From Candidatus Omnitrophota bacterium (GTDB lineage Bacteria; Omnitrophota; Gorgyraeia; Gygaellales; Profunditerraquicolaceae), in assembly GCA_023818655.1 (NCBI GenBank), contig JAMWCI010000004.1, positions 1 through 41,887 on the forward strand: DNA of 41,887 nucleotides, read 5' to 3'. Under the pieces are notes generated by a model that did not search any database, was not told where the DNA came from, and was given only the letters and a program-made list of their open reading frames with translations. This document shows, piece by piece, positions 37,464-41,887 of this stretch. Each line of letters starts with the position of its first letter. Position 1 is the stretch's first letter. The position numbers and the translations under genes are program-made.

Positions 37464-40076
37464 ATGACGAAATTTCTTTCTCTAAAAGGTAATCCTTACT
37501 TCTTGCGTAGAATCGGAATAATCGCTGCGCTGTTTGCTTCTTTGGGTTTAAACTTATATTTTCGCCTGCCAGCCATAGGATTTTATTATCTGGATAATTT
37601 AGCCCGGGATCAGCTATACACTGAGATAAAAAACAATTTGGAAAATAAATTTCTGCTGTTTATCCAAACCTATATGATAACGCTAAAGAGGCAGTTCTTT
37701 ACCGTTTGTTTAAGGCATACCTGTTTGAGTATAAAGCAGATATTTTGCGCGAGATTTTCAAAAGGGCCAAAGAAAATAAGGATTTTTTTAGCGACAGCCG
37801 CGGTTGGCCTTATATCCAAGAGGTGGATGGCTACCGTTGGATGCGCAGGATAGAAAATTATTTAGCTACCGGGCAGTTCGGCGCGCTTGGTTCCGATGGC
37901 AGAGAATACGATAACCTCATGAATGCGCCGTTAGGGAGGGAAATCGAACCATTAAAAGCACATTATTACATCGGTTTTATTGGTATAAACTGATTCATTT
38001 TATTAATCCCAGTCTTTCTTTAATGAATGCGCTGTCCCTTCATCCGCTTTTTATAACGGTTTTAATGATCCTGCTCTTGTTTTCCTTTTGCAGATCGCTG
38101 GGCATATCTTACCCAGGAAGCTTTCTGGCGGTCTCGGCACTATGTTTTTCCAATACGATTCTGACTCATACGAGCTTTGGCTGGTTCGATACAGATGGAT
38201 ACAATGTGTTTTTTCCGGTATTGATATTATTCACTCTTAGCCATGCCTTTCGCAAAGATAATCGTTGGCATTATTTTTATCTCTGCTTGGCAGGTGTATT
38301 TGTAGGCATATATTCCGGAGCATGGTCAGTATGGTGGCTACCTTTCTATATCATTGTGGCAGGTCTTTTTGTATATACCCTGCGGATTATCGCAGACGAC
38401 GCTAAAAAACAACTGAAAGTAGGAATATTGCGTACCTCTCTATCCGTACTCATTTTTGCGGGCGCAGCTTATGGTTCTGTATTGATTATTTCTGGCCGAA
38501 CAGGATTAAAACAGGTATTCTTGTTGCCGTTCTCTATATGGTCAGACCGTACAAACATATGTCTAAATGGTTTCTGGCCTAACATCTCAGCGAAAATAGT
38601 AGAATTGATGCCGGTGCATTTTTCCGAAATTATATCGTGGTTGGGAGGCAGGACAGTTTTACTCTGTACTATCGGTGGTATTGCCGGGATGTTCATTTCT
38701 AAAGATTATTTAAAATCCTACCCGGAAAGAAAACTTATTGTTTACACCTTGTTTATCTGGTGGGTGGTTACAGGAGTCCTTAGTTATTTTAGCAGAAAAT
38801 TCGTTTTATTGTTAGCCATACCCGTAGGTATATTCTATGGAAAGATATATGATTGGTTGGATATTTTTACCACAGGCCTCTTGGCTAAGGTTTTCTCTTC
38901 CCAGCGGAAGGCCGCTAAAATCAAAACAGGGATTTTGGTTTCTTTATTCTTGGCGGCAGTTTTATTAATATCCGCTATGCATATAAGGTCAGAACGCAAG
39001 GTGCATTTATTATGATGAACGATAGCCTGATGGAGGTTTTCAATCAGATACAGAAACTAACTCCACCGAATGCTATTATCTGTAGCCACTGGCAGAATGG
39101 CGACTATATTATGTATTTTTCCAAACGGGCAACTTTTTATTGTGCAGCTATCCAGCAGATACCCGTTACATATTAGGTGCCGCGCGCCCTCTTGAACAAC
39201 AACGAGAAAGAAGCGGTGGGTATTCTTAGAATGTTAGCCAGCGGTTCCACCAGCGCATTTGATGAATTATTACCTATTTTAGGGCAGGATAAGCTAAAGA
39301 CGATGGAGCTACTTAAGAAGATGTTTCTTGTAGATAAAAATGAGGCAAGACGCCTCCTGAGTAGTTATACGCCTGACCAGCGGAGCATAGAAAGAATTCT
39401 TGCATTGGTCTACGAAGCTAAGCGTCCTGCGCACATCCTTATTGACACCAATTCTCTAATGCCAATACAGTTAGAAAACAAATTAATGTCGTGGGACTTT
39501 AAAAAGGCCTCTTTCTGGAATCTATACATAACACACAAAAACGCAGATTTTTTGCGTCTGGCAGAGAAACGCTTTGGGTATTCTTTGCGGGAAGTAGAGA
39601 AGAATGCCATTCTGATGCGATTTTTTAATTCCGAAACCGTATGGGATTGGATTACAGAAGGAGCTTGGCGTTTTACTAATTTTGGAAATAATATAGAAAA
39701 GCGGATCGGTTCAGGTAGCACCGTTCTTTTTGACAATGCTATGGTAGCGGATTTAGACAGAATGAAAATCTATGGTTATGGCATTGTGACCAAGAGGTGG
39801 ATACTTCCCAGTTACATAGTTTATTATGACCGTTCCAATGGCGAAATGAAGGAATATACGGATAATGACAGCAACCATGCGCACGCGGCATTTATTCTCC
39901 GTCAGGATAAAACAACATACAAGGGTATGCTTTTGAGCCGTCCATTTGCAGAAAGCTTATTTTTTAAGTTATTTTTCATGAATGGGGCAGGGCTTAATCA
40001 TTTTAAGTTGCTCTATCATCAGCACTCGAGAGCACAAGATAAGGATTTTTATCTTTATGAAGTCAAAATGAATTAG
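37464..40076 (+). pseudogene. STT3/AglB/PglB-like oligosaccharyltransferase, disrupted by 3 frameshifts and 1 nonsense codon (~871 aa restored)
   Basis: EVDGYRWMR, NAPLG, GWFDTD, IVELMP, TM array, then TPPNAIICSHWQNG..YFSKRAT at the WWDYG position. +1 nt at 37647-49, 37975-78 and ~38960-63 plus TAG 39174-76 read as Trp fuses all pieces. Confidence 0.8.
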
Positions 40077-40104
40077 GGCAACAACCCGGAAAGGAAGAAC
40101 AAGA

Positions 40105-40815
40105 ATGATTAAATTGGGAATTGCGGGTGTATGCGGAAGGATGGGCAGGCGAATTTTTGAGCTTGCCTGTCAGGATAAGGATTTTGAGGTGAGTCTCGCC
40201 TTGGAGAAAAAGGGGACACCAATGATAGGAAGAGAGTTGGGTAAGATAAAGATTTCCTCCAGTCCCGACGGGATTTTTCTGATAGATGTATTCGTGGATT
40301 TTACTACACCAGAAGCCACAGAGACAAACCTTGATTTTGTAGCCAGATATAAAAAGGCTTTGGTATTGGGAACTACGGGGTTAAGCGATAACCAGATAAA
40401 GAAAGTAGAGGAAGTATCTGGGATTGTGCCGGTGGTTTTTTCTCCGAATATGTCAGTAGGAGCGAATGTATTGTTTACTATTCTTCCTGAAATAGCAAAA
40501 AAATTAGGTCAAGATTACGGTATTGAGATAGTGGAGGCGCATCATAAAGCAAAAAAAGATGCCCCTTCTGGCACGGCAAAACGTTTTGCCGAGATTCTCA
40601 GGCAGGCGACGAATAAGGAGATTCCAGTTCATGCCATAAGGCTGGGTGATATAACCGGAGACCATACTATTATTTTTTGCGGTAACTCCGAGAGGATAGA
40701 AATAAAGCATCAGGCGCATTCGCGCGACCTTTTTGCCTTAGGTGCGCTAAAAGCCGCAAGGTGGGTGTATGGGAAACCAGCGGGATTATATTCAATGCAG
40801 GATGTGTTAAAATAA
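40105..40815 (+). CDS. dapB: 4-hydroxy-tetrahydrodipicolinate reductase
   Basis: G..GRMG, DFT, GTTG, EAHH..KKDAPSGTA and FA.GA motifs. Confidence 0.97.
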   Translation: MIKLGIAGVCGRMGRRIFELACQDKDFEVSLALEKKGTPMIGRELGKIKISSSPDGIFLIDVFVDFTTPEATETNLDFVARYKKALVLGTTGLSDNQIKKVEEVSGIVPVVFSPNMSVGANVLFTILPEIAKKLGQDYGIEIVEAHHKAKKDAPSGTAKRFAEILRQATNKEIPVHAIRLGDITGDHTIIFCGNSERIEIKHQAHSRDLFALGALKAARWVYGKPAGLYSMQDVLK

Positions 40816-40872
40816 AAAACAATTATAGTTTATTTAAGTCTTCAGAGAAACGAAGAAACAGGAGTTCAAAAA

Positions 40873-41887
40873 ATGTTTAGACTTTCTGAGAAAATTAAAA
40901 GTTTACCGCCTTATCTTTTCCTTGAAATTGACAAGGAGAAACGGAAAGCGCGCAGCCAAGGCAGGGATATCATTGATTTAGGAATAGGAGACCCGGATCA
41001 GCCCACGCCTAGTCATATTATTGAAGCGCTTTACCGGGCTGCTTGCGATCCGGCTAATCACCGTTATGCCTTAGACCAAGGGATGCCGGCATTGCGGCGC
41101 GCCATCCAGGAATGGTACAGGAGGAGATTTGGAGTAAATCTTAATCCTGATACGCAGATTTTGCCTTTGATTGGCTCAAAAGAAGGAATTGCCCATTTTC
41201 CTCTGGCATTTCTCAATACCGGGGATTACTCCTTGATACCGGATCCCTGTTATCCGCCTTATAAAGGAGGTACAATCTTGGCCGGAGGCAGGCCTTATCT
41301 TATGCCATTGCTTGAAGAGAACGATTTTCTTCCTGACTTAAAAAAAATTCTTCCCAGCATAAAGAAAAAAGCGAGATTATTGTTTATTAACTATCCCAAT
41401 AATCCTACTTCTGCTACCGCAGAAAATGATTTTTATCAGGAGGTTGTTGCATTTGCGGAAAAAAATAAGATTATCGTTGTTTCAGACTTGGCGTATTCTG
41501 AAATAAGTTATGGCGGTTATAAACCCTCAAGTTTTCTTGAGGTTAAAGGCGCAATGGATGTCGGTATTGAGTTTCATTCACTTTCCAAGACATATAATAT
41601 GACCGGCTGGCGTATTGGCTGGGCCTGCGGTAACCCTGAGCTTATTGCCGGATTGGCCAAGGTAAAATCAAACCTGGACTCGGGAGTATTTTCCGCTATT
41701 CAATTAGCCGGCATTGCTGCGCTGGAAGGGTCGCAACAACATATAGCCGATATGTGCGCTCTCTATGAAGAGCGGCGCGATATCCTTGTAAATGGCCTGT
41801 GCTCATTGGGCTTGGAGGCGCGCCTGCCGAAGGCCACTTTTTATGTCTGGATTAAGGTTCCCAAGAAAATGAAATCCATCCAGTTTT
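40873..41887 (+). CDS. dapL: LL-diaminopimelate aminotransferase, 3'-truncated by window edge
   Basis: Own translation: MFRLSEKIKSLPPYLF..LGIGDPD..GSKEG..NYPNNPT..DLAY..EFHSLSKTYNMTGWRIG. Follows dapB. Missing from the ORF track because there is no stop. Confidence 0.88.
   Translation, partial: MFRLSEKIKSLPPYLFLEIDKEKRKARSQGRDIIDLGIGDPDQPTPSHIIEALYRAACDPANHRYALDQGMPALRRAIQEWYRRRFGVNLNPDTQILPLIGSKEGIAHFPLAFLNTGDYSLIPDPCYPPYKGGTILAGGRPYLMPLLEENDFLPDLKKILPSIKKKARLLFINYPNNPTSATAENDFYQEVVAFAEKNKIIVVSDLAYSEISYGGYKPSSFLEVKGAMDVGIEFHSLSKTYNMTGWRIGWACGNPELIAGLAKVKSNLDSGVFSAIQLAGIAALEGSQQHIADMCALYEERRDILVNGLCSLGLEARLPKATFYVWIKVPKKMKSIQF

Noticed and set aside
39174-39176. In-frame TAG as stop-codon recoding or pyrrolysine
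   Set aside because: TAG ends many ordinary genes here (wzx, rpsI, argD, argF, argG). A TGG->TAG change in an already frameshifted gene is simpler.

Overview
Single-stranded (+) bacterial window, roughly 40% GC by eye. The gene style suggests an anaerobic PVC-type organism such as Ca. Omnitrophota, but this is inference only. 1-25325: a large surface-glycan/LPS cluster with a Wzy/WaaL-like protein, Wzx flippase, GT2/GT4/GT9/GT-C glycosyltransferases, five SAM methyltransferases, three radical-SAM genes (one an 858-aa B12-rSAM fused to a second rSAM-SPASM domain), DegT aminotransferase, WbqC, PIG-L deacetylase and a WecA-like transferase with two Asp->Asn motif changes. 25572-26480: rplM-rpsI plus terminator, with a possible 19-aa hydrophobic sORF just upstream. 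26552-end: argCJBDFGH-lysA-dapF-dapA-dapB-dapL run, interrupted between dapA and dapB by a broken STT3/AglB/PglB-like oligosaccharyltransferase. Four glycan genes carry frameshifts (mostly 1-nt losses in short A/T runs) while all housekeeping genes are intact. No rRNA, tRNA, CRISPR or mobile element was seen.
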